This document shows positions 40,131-50,295 of a DNA stretch of 64,000 nucleotides, one piece after another. The stretch is from an uncultured Clostridia bacterium (GTDB taxonomy: Bacteria; Bacillota; Clostridia; TANB77; CAG-508): contig CANRNC010000008.1 in NCBI GenBank assembly GCA_947631915.1, positions 3,305-67,304 of the forward strand, written 5' to 3'. The notes beneath the pieces are model-generated. The model had not been told where the DNA came from. It ran no database searches and saw only the letters and a list, made by a program, of their open reading frames with translations. Position 1 is the first letter of the stretch; every line of letters starts with the position of its first letter. Position numbers and translations under genes: made by a program.

Positions 40131-41711
40131 TTATTCTATCTCTAAATATTCATTGTATGTACATTCTTTATCTATTACTTTATCTTTCTTTATATCTATT
40201 ATTCTATTTGCTACTGTTTGAGTTAATTGATGATCATGTGATGTGAATAATATATTTCCTTTAAATTTAACCATTGCTTCATTTATTGATGTTATACTTT
40301 CCATATCCAGATGATTAGTAGGTTCATCAAATATCAAGAAATTTGCACCTGATAACATTAATTTTGAAAGAACGCATCTAACCTTTTCTCCTCCTGATAG
40401 AACTTTTACTTTTTTTAAGGCTTCCTCTCCAGAAAATAACATTCTTCCTAAAAATCCTCTAACATAAGTTTCATCTGGATCTTTTGAATATTGTCTTAAC
40501 CAATCCGTAATGCTTATATCTTGCTCGAATAAGTAATTATTATCTTTTGGAAAATACGCATTAGATATTGTAGTTCCCCATGTTATTGTTCCTGAATCAG
40601 GTTCCATTTCTCCTGCTATTATTTGGAATAATACTGTTTTTGCTAGTTCGTTATCTGCTAAAAATGCAATTTTATCATCACTTTTAACTGTAAAAGATAT
40701 ATTGTCTAATATTTTTTCTCCATTTACTGTCTTTGTGATATTCTCTACTTTTAATATTTCTTTTCCTGGTTCTCTGTCTGGCTTAAAGTCTATGTATGGA
40801 TATTTTCTATTAGATGGTTTAATCTCCTCTAATTCTATTTTTTCTAATGATTTTTTCCTTGATGTAGCCTGCTTTGATTTTGAAGCATTAGCACTAAATC
40901 TTGCAATGAATTCTTGTAGTTCTTTTATTTTCTCTTCCTTCTTTTTATTTGCATCTTTTGCTTGTCTTAATGCTAACTGGCTAGATTCATACCAGAAGTC
41001 ATAGTTTCCTGGGTATACTGTTATTTTTCCAAAATCCACATCTGCAATATGTGTGCAGACTTTATTTAAGAAATATCTGTCATGTGATACAACTATTACT
41101 GTATTTTCAAAGTTTATTAGAAATTCTTGTAACCAATTTATTGTTTTTAAATCCAAGTCGTTTGTAGGCTCATCTAAAAGTAATATGTCAGGGTTTCCAA
41201 ATAGACTTTGTGCTAATAATACTTTTACTTTGTCTTTTGCTTCAATTTCTCTCATATATTTGTCATGCATTCCACTTAATATTCCAAGCTCATTTAATAA
41301 TGTGGCAGCATCTGCTTCTGCGTTCCAACCATCTAATTCTGCGAATCTTTCTTCTAATTTTGCTGCTCTCATTCCATCTTCTTCAGAAAAGTCTGGCTTT
41401 GCATATATTTCTTCTTTTTCTTTCATTATTTTATATAATTCTTCATTGCCCATAATAACTGTGTCTAAAACTCTATAATCTTCAAAAGCAAAGTGGTCTT
41501 GTTTTAAAACTGAAACTCTTTCCGTTTTATCATGTGTAACTTCCCCTTTGCTTGGCTCTATCTCTCCTGATAATACTTTTAAAAAAGTTGATTTTCCTGC
41601 TCCATTTGCTCCTATAATGCCATAGCAATTTCCTTTTCCAAATCTAATATTTACATCTTCAAATAAAACTCTTTTTCCAAATCTTATTGTTACTCCTGTT
41701 GAAACTAGCAT
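40131..41711 (-). CDS. ABC-F family ATPase (two tandem ABC domains, no TM domain)
   Basis: Two Walker A motifs (GANGAGKST, and a second set), two LSGGE signatures, 526 aa. Confidence 0.85.
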   Translation of the reverse strand: MLVSTGVTIRFGKRVLFEDVNIRFGKGNCYGIIGANGAGKSTFLKVLSGEIEPSKGEVTHDKTERVSVLKQDHFAFEDYRVLDTVIMGNEELYKIMKEKEEIYAKPDFSEEDGMRAAKLEERFAELDGWNAEADAATLLNELGILSGMHDKYMREIEAKDKVKVLLAQSLFGNPDILLLDEPTNDLDLKTINWLQEFLINFENTVIVVSHDRYFLNKVCTHIADVDFGKITVYPGNYDFWYESSQLALRQAKDANKKKEEKIKELQEFIARFSANASKSKQATSRKKSLEKIELEEIKPSNRKYPYIDFKPDREPGKEILKVENITKTVNGEKILDNISFTVKSDDKIAFLADNELAKTVLFQIIAGEMEPDSGTITWGTTISNAYFPKDNNYLFEQDISITDWLRQYSKDPDETYVRGFLGRMLFSGEEALKKVKVLSGGEKVRCVLSKLMLSGANFLIFDEPTNHLDMESITSINEAMVKFKGNILFTSHDHQLTQTVANRIIDIKKDKVIDKECTYNEYLEIE

Positions 41712-41852
41712 TTTCTATCTCCTTCCACCTTTCATAATGGTGCTATTATATAATATTTTTTATTATTTGTAAATAATTAATATTCTTAAGATTTCTGTAA
41801 CAGTTTTTTCTTATTTTTAATATAATAAATAAAATAGAAAGGATTATTTTTA

Positions 41853-43079
41853 ATGAAAAATTATATTGCTAAATTTTCTATAATGTTTTTTGCCTTAACT
41901 ATACATATTTTTGGAGTCATGTATTCTATTTCTTATGCAACTTCTAATTTAACAGATAATATTTATCAAGGTATTGATGTAAGCGAATTTCAAGGTGATA
42001 TAGACTATTCAAAGGTAAAAAATGCTGGTATAGAGATAGTTTATATAAAGTCTAGTGAAGGAACTTATTTAGTAGATCCTTATTTTAGAACAAATTACGA
42101 TAATGCAAAAAGAGAAGATTTAAAGGTGGGATTTTATCATTTTTTAAGAGCCCGTAATGAGGAAGATGCAATAAAGGAAGCTGATTTTTTTAATTCCGTA
42201 ATTTCTGGTACTAGTCCTGATTGCAGACTTGCAATGGATTTTGAAGTATTTAATGGTTTAAGTGTTGAAAGAATTAATCAAATTTCTTTCGCTTTTTTAC
42301 GAAGAGTTCAGGAATTAACTAATAAAGAATGTGTAGTTTATAGCGATGCTTTTAATGCTAGAACTGTTTTTAGTCGTGAATTAGCAAGTGAATATCCATT
42401 ATGGATTGCCGAATATGATGTCAATATTCCTTCAAGTACTGGAAATTGGGATGAATGGATTGGATTTCAGTATTCTGATAAAGGTCAAATTGATGGCATA
42501 AATGCTAATGTAGATTTAGATAAATTTAGACAAAATATTTTTCTTTCAGATAATAGCGAGATTCCAAAACCGCCAGAGCCACCACCAGATATTTCTAATA
42601 ATATATATTATATTGTAAAGCGTGGAGATACTTTATCTCGTATTGCCTCTTGGTATAATACTACTGTAGCTGAATTAGTACGACTAAATAATATTGAAAA
42701 TCCTAATTTAATTTATATTGGAGAAAGGCTTTTAATTTCTACTTCTGATGATCCTAATCAAGAAAAAGAAATACTTTATACCGTAAAAAAGGGAGATACT
42801 TTATCTCAAATTGCAAATCGCTATGGTATAACAGTAAATGAAATTGTAGAATTAAATAATATTAAAAATCCTAATTTAATTTTTGTGGGGCAAGAACTTA
42901 AAATTCCTTTAGAGAATTCTATTAATCAAATGCAAACTGTGTATTATAGAGTTCGTCGTGGCGACCGTTTATGGAGAATAGCTAAAATGTATAGAACTAC
43001 TGTTTATAATATAGTTAGATTAAATAATATTAAAAATCCCAATCTAATTTATGTTGGGCAGTTGTTAAGAATTTATTAA
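41853..43079 (+). CDS. GH25 muramidase (lysozyme) with three C-terminal LysM domains, secreted
   Basis: Signal peptide. [17 protein letters not shown]...VGFYHF GH25 motifs. Three repeats of YxVKxGDTLxxIAxxY..NPNLIxxGQxLxI. Confidence 0.85.
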   Translation: MKNYIAKFSIMFFALTIHIFGVMYSISYATSNLTDNIYQGIDVSEFQGDIDYSKVKNAGIEIVYIKSSEGTYLVDPYFRTNYDNAKREDLKVGFYHFLRARNEEDAIKEADFFNSVISGTSPDCRLAMDFEVFNGLSVERINQISFAFLRRVQELTNKECVVYSDAFNARTVFSRELASEYPLWIAEYDVNIPSSTGNWDEWIGFQYSDKGQIDGINANVDLDKFRQNIFLSDNSEIPKPPEPPPDISNNIYYIVKRGDTLSRIASWYNTTVAELVRLNNIENPNLIYIGERLLISTSDDPNQEKEILYTVKKGDTLSQIANRYGITVNEIVELNNIKNPNLIFVGQELKIPLENSINQMQTVYYRVRRGDRLWRIAKMYRTTVYNIVRLNNIKNPNLIYVGQLLRIY

Positions 43080-43114
43080 TTTAGAGGGTAAGTTTTTCTC
43101 TTACCCTCTATAAA

Positions 43115-43795
43115 TTAAAATATTATTTTTAGAATTAAGTTGTCATTATACATTCTGTTTCCTATGGTTGATGAATTTATTGCTTCTAATATTCCTGAAT
43201 TCTCCATTGTTGGTGCAAATACTGATAGTATTGCAAATACTATGTATACTATTAGTAGTCCTTGTAAAACTCCGTAAATTGCTCCACCTATTTTATTGAA
43301 TTGACCTATAATTGGTAAATGTGATATGAATTTTGCTAATACTTTTACAAATATTAATATTGTTTTTGCTAATATAAACACTATTATGCCCACAGCAATT
43401 TTTATTAAATTATTTGCTACCGTTTCTGATACATTGTTTATTATGTCTTTTTCTGTATTTTCTACTTGTTGTTTTTCTTTTTCAATAAATCCGTTTATAT
43501 AATCTGTCATAACTTTTGGAGAATTATCTTCTGTTTGTTTTTCGCTTTCTTCATTATTATCTGTGCCAATTACATAAGTTGCAACTGTACCACTTATTGC
43601 TTCTTTTAAAGTTGGTTGTATTGGTGTGTTATTAATTATAAAATTAGATATAGGTGAATACAATATTAATGCTATTAATAATGCTATAAAGAATCCTAAA
43701 ATGTTTACTGCAACTCGTACTAACCCTTTTTTGTACCCTAAAAATACGCAAATTATTATAATTGCTACTATTAAAATATCAACTATAAATGCCAT
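43115..43795 (-). CDS. cvpA: CvpA family membrane protein
   Basis: MAFIVDILIVAIIIICVFLGYKKGLVR N-terminus, four TM segments. Confidence 0.8.
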   Translation of the reverse strand: MAFIVDILIVAIIIICVFLGYKKGLVRVAVNILGFFIALLIALILYSPISNFIINNTPIQPTLKEAISGTVATYVIGTDNNEESEKQTEDNSPKVMTDYINGFIEKEKQQVENTEKDIINNVSETVANNLIKIAVGIIVFILAKTILIFVKVLAKFISHLPIIGQFNKIGGAIYGVLQGLLIVYIVFAILSVFAPTMENSGILEAINSSTIGNRMYNDNLILKIIF

Positions 43796-43810
43796 CTATT
43801 TTCCTCCTTT

Positions 43811-44986
43811 CTATAGATTTATTATTTCTATTCTGTCTCGATATACAATACCTGCTATTGAGCTTCCTAGTATAATTTCAGATATTTCTTGACTGGTCTT
43901 ATATTTTTTCTGTAACCATCCTAAAGTATTTATAAACTCCGCTTCTGATCCTAAATTTATTGCTATATTCGTATCATATACTTGCAAAGATTTTACTGTA
44001 CTATCTACTTCATATGTTGTTTCATTATTGTTATAAACATTTTTTATTATTATATTTGTGCTTGTACTAAATATTCCATTTGATTTTTCTGTTGCATATA
44101 CTATATTATTTTTATTTTTTATTTCTGCCATTATTGTTTTGTTTTCAAATTTTAATATTTCTGTATCTTGTCCTTTTTCTATTGAATGTATGCTATCATC
44201 ATAAATACAAATTAATTTATCTTTATCTTGATATTTAATATTTGTTATTAATGCTCCTTCATTTCCTACCATATTATATTCAACAGAGTTCGTAGGATCA
44301 CTTTTGGCTTTATCTACTGAAATTATTTTTATATTTGATTGTATTATAGCTTTACTTGTATCAACTTCTGCTATTGCGAGATATTTGTTATCTTCGGATA
44401 TGTCAGAAGTTATTGCTATACTTGAGGAAAGATATGTTTTAAATAATTCTTTTCCATCTGAATCAAATAAAATTACTATATTTTTATATGACGTTCCTTT
44501 CTCTACTACTGATACATATCCGTTTTTATTTACTGTTATTTTTTCTATCGTCCCTTCTACAGAAGTCTGCCACAAAAGATTTTCCCCTGATATTAAATAA
44601 ATACTATTTCCTTTGTTCTCTGCAATACATAAATATCTGCCATTTGAATTATATATTGGATTACTAATATTTACTTCTATTTCTTCTAATTTATTACCGT
44701 TCGAACCATACATAGATAATATGTTTTTTTCTAATACAGTTATATATCTATCATATGCATAAACACTTGGGTTATTTGCTGAATCTATTTCTATATATGT
44801 TATATCTGTATTTTCTATGTTTTTTCTAAAAATATATGTATCCATCCAGTCTCTAAAATTATTATTTTTCATATATATTATACCTGTAATTATTATAGCT
44901 ACAACAATTAAAAAAATTGAAACTATTATTATTCTTTTTTTTATAGTTAATTTTTCTTTGTATTGGTTTATATCAATAATGCTCAT
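43811..44986 (-). CDS. hypothetical membrane-anchored protein (single N-terminal TM, large repeat-like/beta-rich ectodomain)
   Basis: 391 aa, TM IIIVSIFLIVVAIIITGIIY, no catalytic motif. Confidence 0.5.
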   Translation of the reverse strand: MSIIDINQYKEKLTIKKRIIIVSIFLIVVAIIITGIIYMKNNNFRDWMDTYIFRKNIENTDITYIEIDSANNPSVYAYDRYITVLEKNILSMYGSNGNKLEEIEVNISNPIYNSNGRYLCIAENKGNSIYLISGENLLWQTSVEGTIEKITVNKNGYVSVVEKGTSYKNIVILFDSDGKELFKTYLSSSIAITSDISEDNKYLAIAEVDTSKAIIQSNIKIISVDKAKSDPTNSVEYNMVGNEGALITNIKYQDKDKLICIYDDSIHSIEKGQDTEILKFENKTIMAEIKNKNNIVYATEKSNGIFSTSTNIIIKNVYNNNETTYEVDSTVKSLQVYDTNIAINLGSEAEFINTLGWLQKKYKTSQEISEIILGSSIAGIVYRDRIEIINL

Positions 44987-45082
44987 TTGTTTTCATCTCC
45001 TTACAATGAGTATGTATAAATTTTATCAAATATACTAAAAATAGACAATAGTTTTTATTAATATACTTTTAAAGGTGACTTA

Positions 45083-46088
45083 CTAGTCACCTTTACAGTA
45101 TAAAATTGCTGAAATCTGTAATATACCTATTATACCAAATAAAGGATAAATTACATTTACTAGATTTGCAAACCCTAATAAAGATATTGGTATACCTAAA
45201 GCACACATTATAATATTAGCAATTTTATATGTTTTTTTATTATTACTTATATTAGCTAAAAAATTATATCCTTCAGAAATTGACGTTGTATAAATTGCTA
45301 TTAATATAATTATACTATATAAAATTTTATATGGCTCCCCAAATTTATTTGCAACATATAACATTGGTATTTCAACTTGCTTATCAATATTTATTAATAA
45401 TAAATAAATAATTATTGCTAAAGACATAAATATTAAAGATGTTAGTATTGCAACTTTCAAACAATCTTTTTTATTTTTTAAAAATTTATTCATTATTCCT
45501 GTTAATCCAATTAATGTTATACTATTATAGCTTGTATATATGATTCCACTAATAATCCATAAAAAATTATTATTAGTTTTGGTAATACCTTTATTTTCAA
45601 TATTATTAATATTATTTAAGCCAAAAAATATAAATAAAATAATTATTATTGGAATTAATATTGTATTTATCTGTATTATTTTTTCTACATTTTTATTGAA
45701 TGTAATATAGCATAATATTACTAAAAATAATGCACTTAAAATTTTATTTATATAATATTCTTGATAAAAATACGCAGAAAATCCTGCTATCATTATATAG
45801 AAAGAACTTATTAAAAATATATTAATTATTATTTTTATTATCTTTTTTATTACTGCATTTTTTATTATTTTATTTAATAATTCATCATAACTATTTAAGT
45901 TATATTTTTTTGATATTATTAATGTTTTATAAATTATTACTCCCAAAAATATCGAAGCTACAATTATTCCTGATATTCCCCATATTCCAAATGAATAAAA
46001 AAATGAATATATTTCTTGACCGAGATGCAAAACCTGCACCAATTATTATTCCTATTATTGCAAAAGTTATTTTCAATATATTTAGCAT
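45083..46088 (-). CDS. YkvI-family (GerAB/APC-like) membrane transporter, frame broken by a single-base indel
   Basis: The upstream frame encodes MLNILKITFAIIGIIIGAGFAS. Removing one C in tctCGGtca (~46021) gives GAGFASGQEIYSFF, the YkvI signature. Confidence 0.6.
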
Positions 46089-46136
46089 AAAAAAATCACC
46101 ATTTTTATTTTATGGTGATTTTTTTATTTTATGAAT

Positions 46137-47600
46137 TTATTTTCTACGTTTTCTCATTATCCAAATAGTAATTCCTATTGCTATTATAACTAGTGGCAAT
46201 ACAAAAATTATTATTCTTACTAATAAATCTTCATATTCCGTTGGTGTATATGTCACATTTGAATATGTTTTTCTAATTGTGATTGCATCTGTTCTTTCTG
46301 TTAAATATGAAATTGAATTCAATATTAAATCCTCATTATTATAAAAATATATTGCATTTGATGCTTGGTTATTTATTGTTATTGGATAATCTGTTGCAAA
46401 TATTCCATCTGCATATACAATTAAATTTGAAACTACACCCTCTTCTTCTCCTTCTATTGTTTTTGTTGCTAGTGCTCCAACTACATAAGATTTAACTTCT
46501 TCTCCATTAGCAGCATTTACTGAATTTATTGTTAAATCTTTTCTGTAAAATGATTGTTCACTTGTGGTTAATAATTGTGTTACTGTTACTCCTAACTCTG
46601 CTAATTTTTCTTCATTCTCAAGTTCTATCTTTCCTGAATCCAAAAATAGTACTTTTCCACTTTTAGAAATTACACTTGTAATTTCTGATTCGCTATTTAT
46701 TGTAGGAATTATCAAATCCGGTGTTTGCATAAGCATTGCTGATGTATCTTGTTCTAAAATAATTCCATCATTTGCAACACTAATACCATATAAATCTAGT
46801 ATTTTTTGTGTATTGCTTAATGCTCCTCTTTTTGAATAATCGGAAAGCCATAATATGTTTCCACCTTTATTAATATATTTAATAATTAATTCTGTCTCAA
46901 AATCTGTAAAATCAGTTTGTGGAGATGCAATTATTAATGTTTCGCAATCTTCTGGTATTTCATTTTTTACTAATAAGTCTAATGTTTCTACTTCATTAAC
47001 TTCACTTTGTAAGGCTTCTGCTAATATCATAAAATAATCATTAAGTCCATATTCACTATGACCTGTTAAGAAGTATATTTTTGGTGCGTTTTCTAATGTG
47101 ACTCCTAATATTGAGTTAGTCATCTTTTGTTCCGTTAAGTCTATTTGTTCATAACTTGTATAATCTACTGTATAGAAATCATAATCATCTGCTTTTATAT
47201 TTCTACCCTCACATTCAAATACTACTACTCCATTCTGCTCATCTGACGATGTAACACTATATTCTTGTGCTAAATCTGGTCTAGATTCAACTGAAACAGT
47301 GTCTACTTTTATATTATCCTTATATTTAGAATATTGTTTTGCTAAATCCACTACAGTAGAATCTTCTGCATATCCAAAAATATATATATTTATTTCTTTA
47401 TCTATGTCTTTTATTTGATTTTTTGATTCTTCAGATAAATGATAAAATCCCTCTTTTGTTAAATCTATATCTGTTATTTCTAAAGCTTTTACTCCCAAAT
47501 TTATAGCTATATATGCTACAATTATGACTGCAATTAACAGAATCGTGAAGCTTGTTTCTCTTAACCATTTATTCTTAATTATTTCTAGTATTTTTTTCAA
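46137..47600 (-). CDS. GldG-like ABC-2 transporter auxiliary component
   Basis: 487 aa with N- and C-terminal TM anchors. Cotranscribed with the ABC-2 permease and ATPase. Confidence 0.7.
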   Translation of the reverse strand: MKKILEIIKNKWLRETSFTILLIAVIIVAYIAINLGVKALEITDIDLTKEGFYHLSEESKNQIKDIDKEINIYIFGYAEDSTVVDLAKQYSKYKDNIKVDTVSVESRPDLAQEYSVTSSDEQNGVVVFECEGRNIKADDYDFYTVDYTSYEQIDLTEQKMTNSILGVTLENAPKIYFLTGHSEYGLNDYFMILAEALQSEVNEVETLDLLVKNEIPEDCETLIIASPQTDFTDFETELIIKYINKGGNILWLSDYSKRGALSNTQKILDLYGISVANDGIILEQDTSAMLMQTPDLIIPTINSESEITSVISKSGKVLFLDSGKIELENEEKLAELGVTVTQLLTTSEQSFYRKDLTINSVNAANGEEVKSYVVGALATKTIEGEEEGVVSNLIVYADGIFATDYPITINNQASNAIYFYNNEDLILNSISYLTERTDAITIRKTYSNVTYTPTEYEDLLVRIIIFVLPLVIIAIGITIWIMRKRRK

Positions 47601-47615
47601 TTTTATCTCACCTCA

Positions 47616-48296
47616 TTATTTTAAATTTTTCCTTCTTTGAAGAATGATAATAGTTAATATTATGCACATTACTGTAAATGTAACTAATGCTACTGTCTCT
47701 TCAATAGGAATAATTCCATCTACAAACTTTTCATATAAATTCATAAAAGATATTGTTGAAAAAATATCTGATAAATTTGAAATATACATTGATCCAAAGA
47801 AAAATACAAATGTAATTATGTAAGCAATAATTGGTTGATCTGTTATACTAGAGGCTAATTCTCCAAAAGATATATATGCCATTGTTAATAATATAAATCC
47901 TAATAGAGTAGTGCCTAATGTTGATGCATCTGGAGTTCCAAAGTGGCTTATTATTGCTAAATATACACAAGAAAATATTTCTGTAATTATAACTACTACC
48001 ATTGCTGCAAAAAATTTTCCTAATACTATTGAGGTTATACTTTTAGGAGATGTCATTATTAGTTGATCTGTTCCATTTTTTCTTTCTCCCGCAAACATAT
48101 TCATTGTTAATATTGCTATTATAAATGTTAAAATAACTGCACTATCATAAAATATATACGAGAAATTTAAACTTCCTGAATAATATGTATAAATATAAAA
48201 TATTAGACTAGATACTTCCAAAAATAATCCTATAAAAACATATCCTATTGGAGTTAAAAAGTATGTCTTTAATTCTTTTTTTAATACGGATAACAT
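47616..48296 (-). CDS. ABC-2 family permease
   Basis: 226 aa, 6 TM, immediately downstream of the ATPase (1-nt gap). Confidence 0.7.
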   Translation of the reverse strand: MLSVLKKELKTYFLTPIGYVFIGLFLEVSSLIFYIYTYYSGSLNFSYIFYDSAVILTFIIAILTMNMFAGERKNGTDQLIMTSPKSITSIVLGKFFAAMVVVIITEIFSCVYLAIISHFGTPDASTLGTTLLGFILLTMAYISFGELASSITDQPIIAYIITFVFFFGSMYISNLSDIFSTISFMNLYEKFVDGIIPIEETVALVTFTVMCIILTIIILQRRKNLK

Positions 48297-48297
48297 C

Positions 48298-49365
48298 TTA
48301 TTTTTTACCTCCTTCTTCGTCTTGTTTTTCTATTATTTTTTTATCACTTTTTGTTTTTATTTCTTTTATAACTTCTTGTTTGTCTTCGTTTAATTTATTC
48401 TTCTTATTGCTTTTATCATCATCTTCTTTACTGTAATTATTTATTAATTGTAAGAAGGCATCTTCTAATGTTGCTTCTGTTTTCTTTAATTCTAATATAG
48501 TTATTTCATTCTTTGCAAAAGTTTCAGAAATTTCTTTTCTTATATCTTTATCATCTTTAGCAAATATTGTATATTGCTTTGTGCCATCTGAATTCTCACT
48601 TATTAGTTTTATATCTTTTATATTATCTATTTTATTTACTACTTCGTTTATATTGTCTTTAGTGTCTTCTACTGTTACTGTTAATATATTTTTATTGCTT
48701 ACTTTGTCCTCTAGGTTTTTAGGTGTATCAATAGCTAAAATGTTGCCTTTATCTATTATTATGACTTTCTCACATATTTGGCTTACTTCTGACAAAATAT
48801 GTGAACTTAACAATACTGTATGATTCTTTCTTAATGATTTTATTAGATCCCTAATTTGTTTTACTTGTTGAGGATCAAGCCCTACTGTTGGTTCATCTAA
48901 TATAAGTACTTTAGGATTTCCAACAAGTGCTCCAGCCATACTTACACGCTGTTTGTAACCTCTTGATAAATGTCTATTTAATGTGTTTTGAACATCTGTT
49001 AATCCTGTCTCTTTAATTACCTTCTGTACCTCTTCTTTTTTGTGTTCTCTTTTAACTCCTTTTAAATCTGCCATATAATTAACAAATTCTTTGACTGTTA
49101 AATCATTATAAATAGGAACTCCCTCTGGCATGTATCCAATTTGCTTTTTGGCTTTTTTAGGCTTTTTATTCATATCATAGCCGTCAATTTCTATCCTTCC
49201 TTGTGTAGGTTCAATATATCCTGTTATCATATTCATAGTTGTTGTTTTGCCCGCACCATTTTTGCCAAGAAAGCCCACAATCTCTCCTTCTTCAATATCA
49301 AAGCTAATATTTTCTACTGCTACGAAGTTACCATATTTTTTTGTAACGTTTTCTACTTTAATCAA
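48298..49365 (-). CDS. ABC transporter ATP-binding protein with a K/E-rich C-terminal tail
   Basis: GKNGAGKTT Walker A, LSRGYKQRV signature, ILDEPT Walker B. Confidence 0.85.
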   Translation of the reverse strand: MIKVENVTKKYGNFVAVENISFDIEEGEIVGFLGKNGAGKTTTMNMITGYIEPTQGRIEIDGYDMNKKPKKAKKQIGYMPEGVPIYNDLTVKEFVNYMADLKGVKREHKKEEVQKVIKETGLTDVQNTLNRHLSRGYKQRVSMAGALVGNPKVLILDEPTVGLDPQQVKQIRDLIKSLRKNHTVLLSSHILSEVSQICEKVIIIDKGNILAIDTPKNLEDKVSNKNILTVTVEDTKDNINEVVNKIDNIKDIKLISENSDGTKQYTIFAKDDKDIRKEISETFAKNEITILELKKTEATLEDAFLQLINNYSKEDDDKSNKKNKLNEDKQEVIKEIKTKSDKKIIEKQDEEGGKK

Positions 49366-49455
49366 CTTTGTTTCCTCCTATAAATTTGATATTAAAATAT
49401 TATCATTTTTATATTGCTTTTTGCAATACATTTCACGAAAAATTTACAGTTTTTC

Positions 49456-49465
49456 CTTACGGATA
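49456..49465 (-). promoter_or_regulatory. TATCCGTAAG element upstream of the ABC-2/GldG operon
   Basis: Fourth exact copy of the 10-mer, same orientation relative to the downstream gene, about 90 nt from the start codon. Confidence 0.45.
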
Positions 49466-49564
49466 TAATATTTTTACCAACATTATACGACAAATTATTG
49501 TTTGTGTGATTATTAAAATATAAATTAATGGAGATAATTATCATTAATTTTCTATTTAAAGATA

Positions 49565-49636
49565 CCCGTAAGGCGCATTGCAATGCGCCCGTTAAATATA
49601 TTATTAATTCCTAAAAGGGCACATTGCAATGTGCCC
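49565..49636. repeat. two GC-rich perfect palindromes (GGCGCATTGCAATGCGCC and GGGCACATTGCAATGTGCCC)
   Basis: 20-bp perfect palindrome at 49617..49636, identical to 57743..57762. Related 18-bp palindrome at 49572..49589. Confidence 0.7.
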
Positions 49637-49812
49637 CTACATTTATAATTTTTATGCATTTATTACAAATATTAGGTCGAGCAAAACTCGCACCCTACAA
49701 TCCATAAGGAATTTAACAATTGAGAAAAACAACAATTTATATGAAATATATTAATTTTTTATATAATGTATTGACTTTATTTATGTTTTATGTTATTATA
49801 TTTAAGCGTTAT

Positions 49813-49889
<77 letters not shown>

Positions 49890-49960
49890 TTTGCTCAATT
49901 TGTGAGCGCACCTCATTCTATTCTTGATAGATGAGCGTATTTGAAAGGAGGTGTTCAATC

Positions 49961-50188
49961 GTGGTGACGTTTTTTGAAGCAATATATGGATCAATAATAT
50001 TACTACTACTAGTATTGCTAATTCAACTTTCGGAAAAATTACAATTATATAATAATTATTTTTGTAATTTATTTTTCCAAGAAAATTTGCGGATTTTTAC
50101 GCCAAATGAAAATGCAGATGCTTTTGTAGTAAATTTATTGCGACTTAAACGTCGTCGATTACGGATTAAACGAGGTGCTGTATTCTGA
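49961..50188 (+). CDS. small hypothetical membrane protein with an Arg-rich C-terminus
   Basis: GTG start 9 nt after gaaaggagg. TM AIYGSIILLLLVLLIQL. Tail RLKRRRLRIKRGAVF. Followed by a strong terminator. Confidence 0.35.
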   Translation: MVTFFEAIYGSIILLLLVLLIQLSEKLQLYNNYFCNLFFQENLRIFTPNENADAFVVNLLRLKRRRLRIKRGAVF

Positions 50189-50227
50189 TTTAAGGCTTTT
50201 AGTCTTATCCTTGTCTAATCCTTCACA

Positions 50228-50262
50228 CGATTTGTAACATCCTAACCGGGTTTCAGAAATTT
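50228..50262. terminator. bidirectional terminator
   Basis: aaccgggtttcagaaattttctgaaacccggtt, 15-bp stem. Confidence 0.75.
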
Positions 50263-50295
50263 TCTGAAACCCGGTTTTGTATTTTTATTCTTTTT

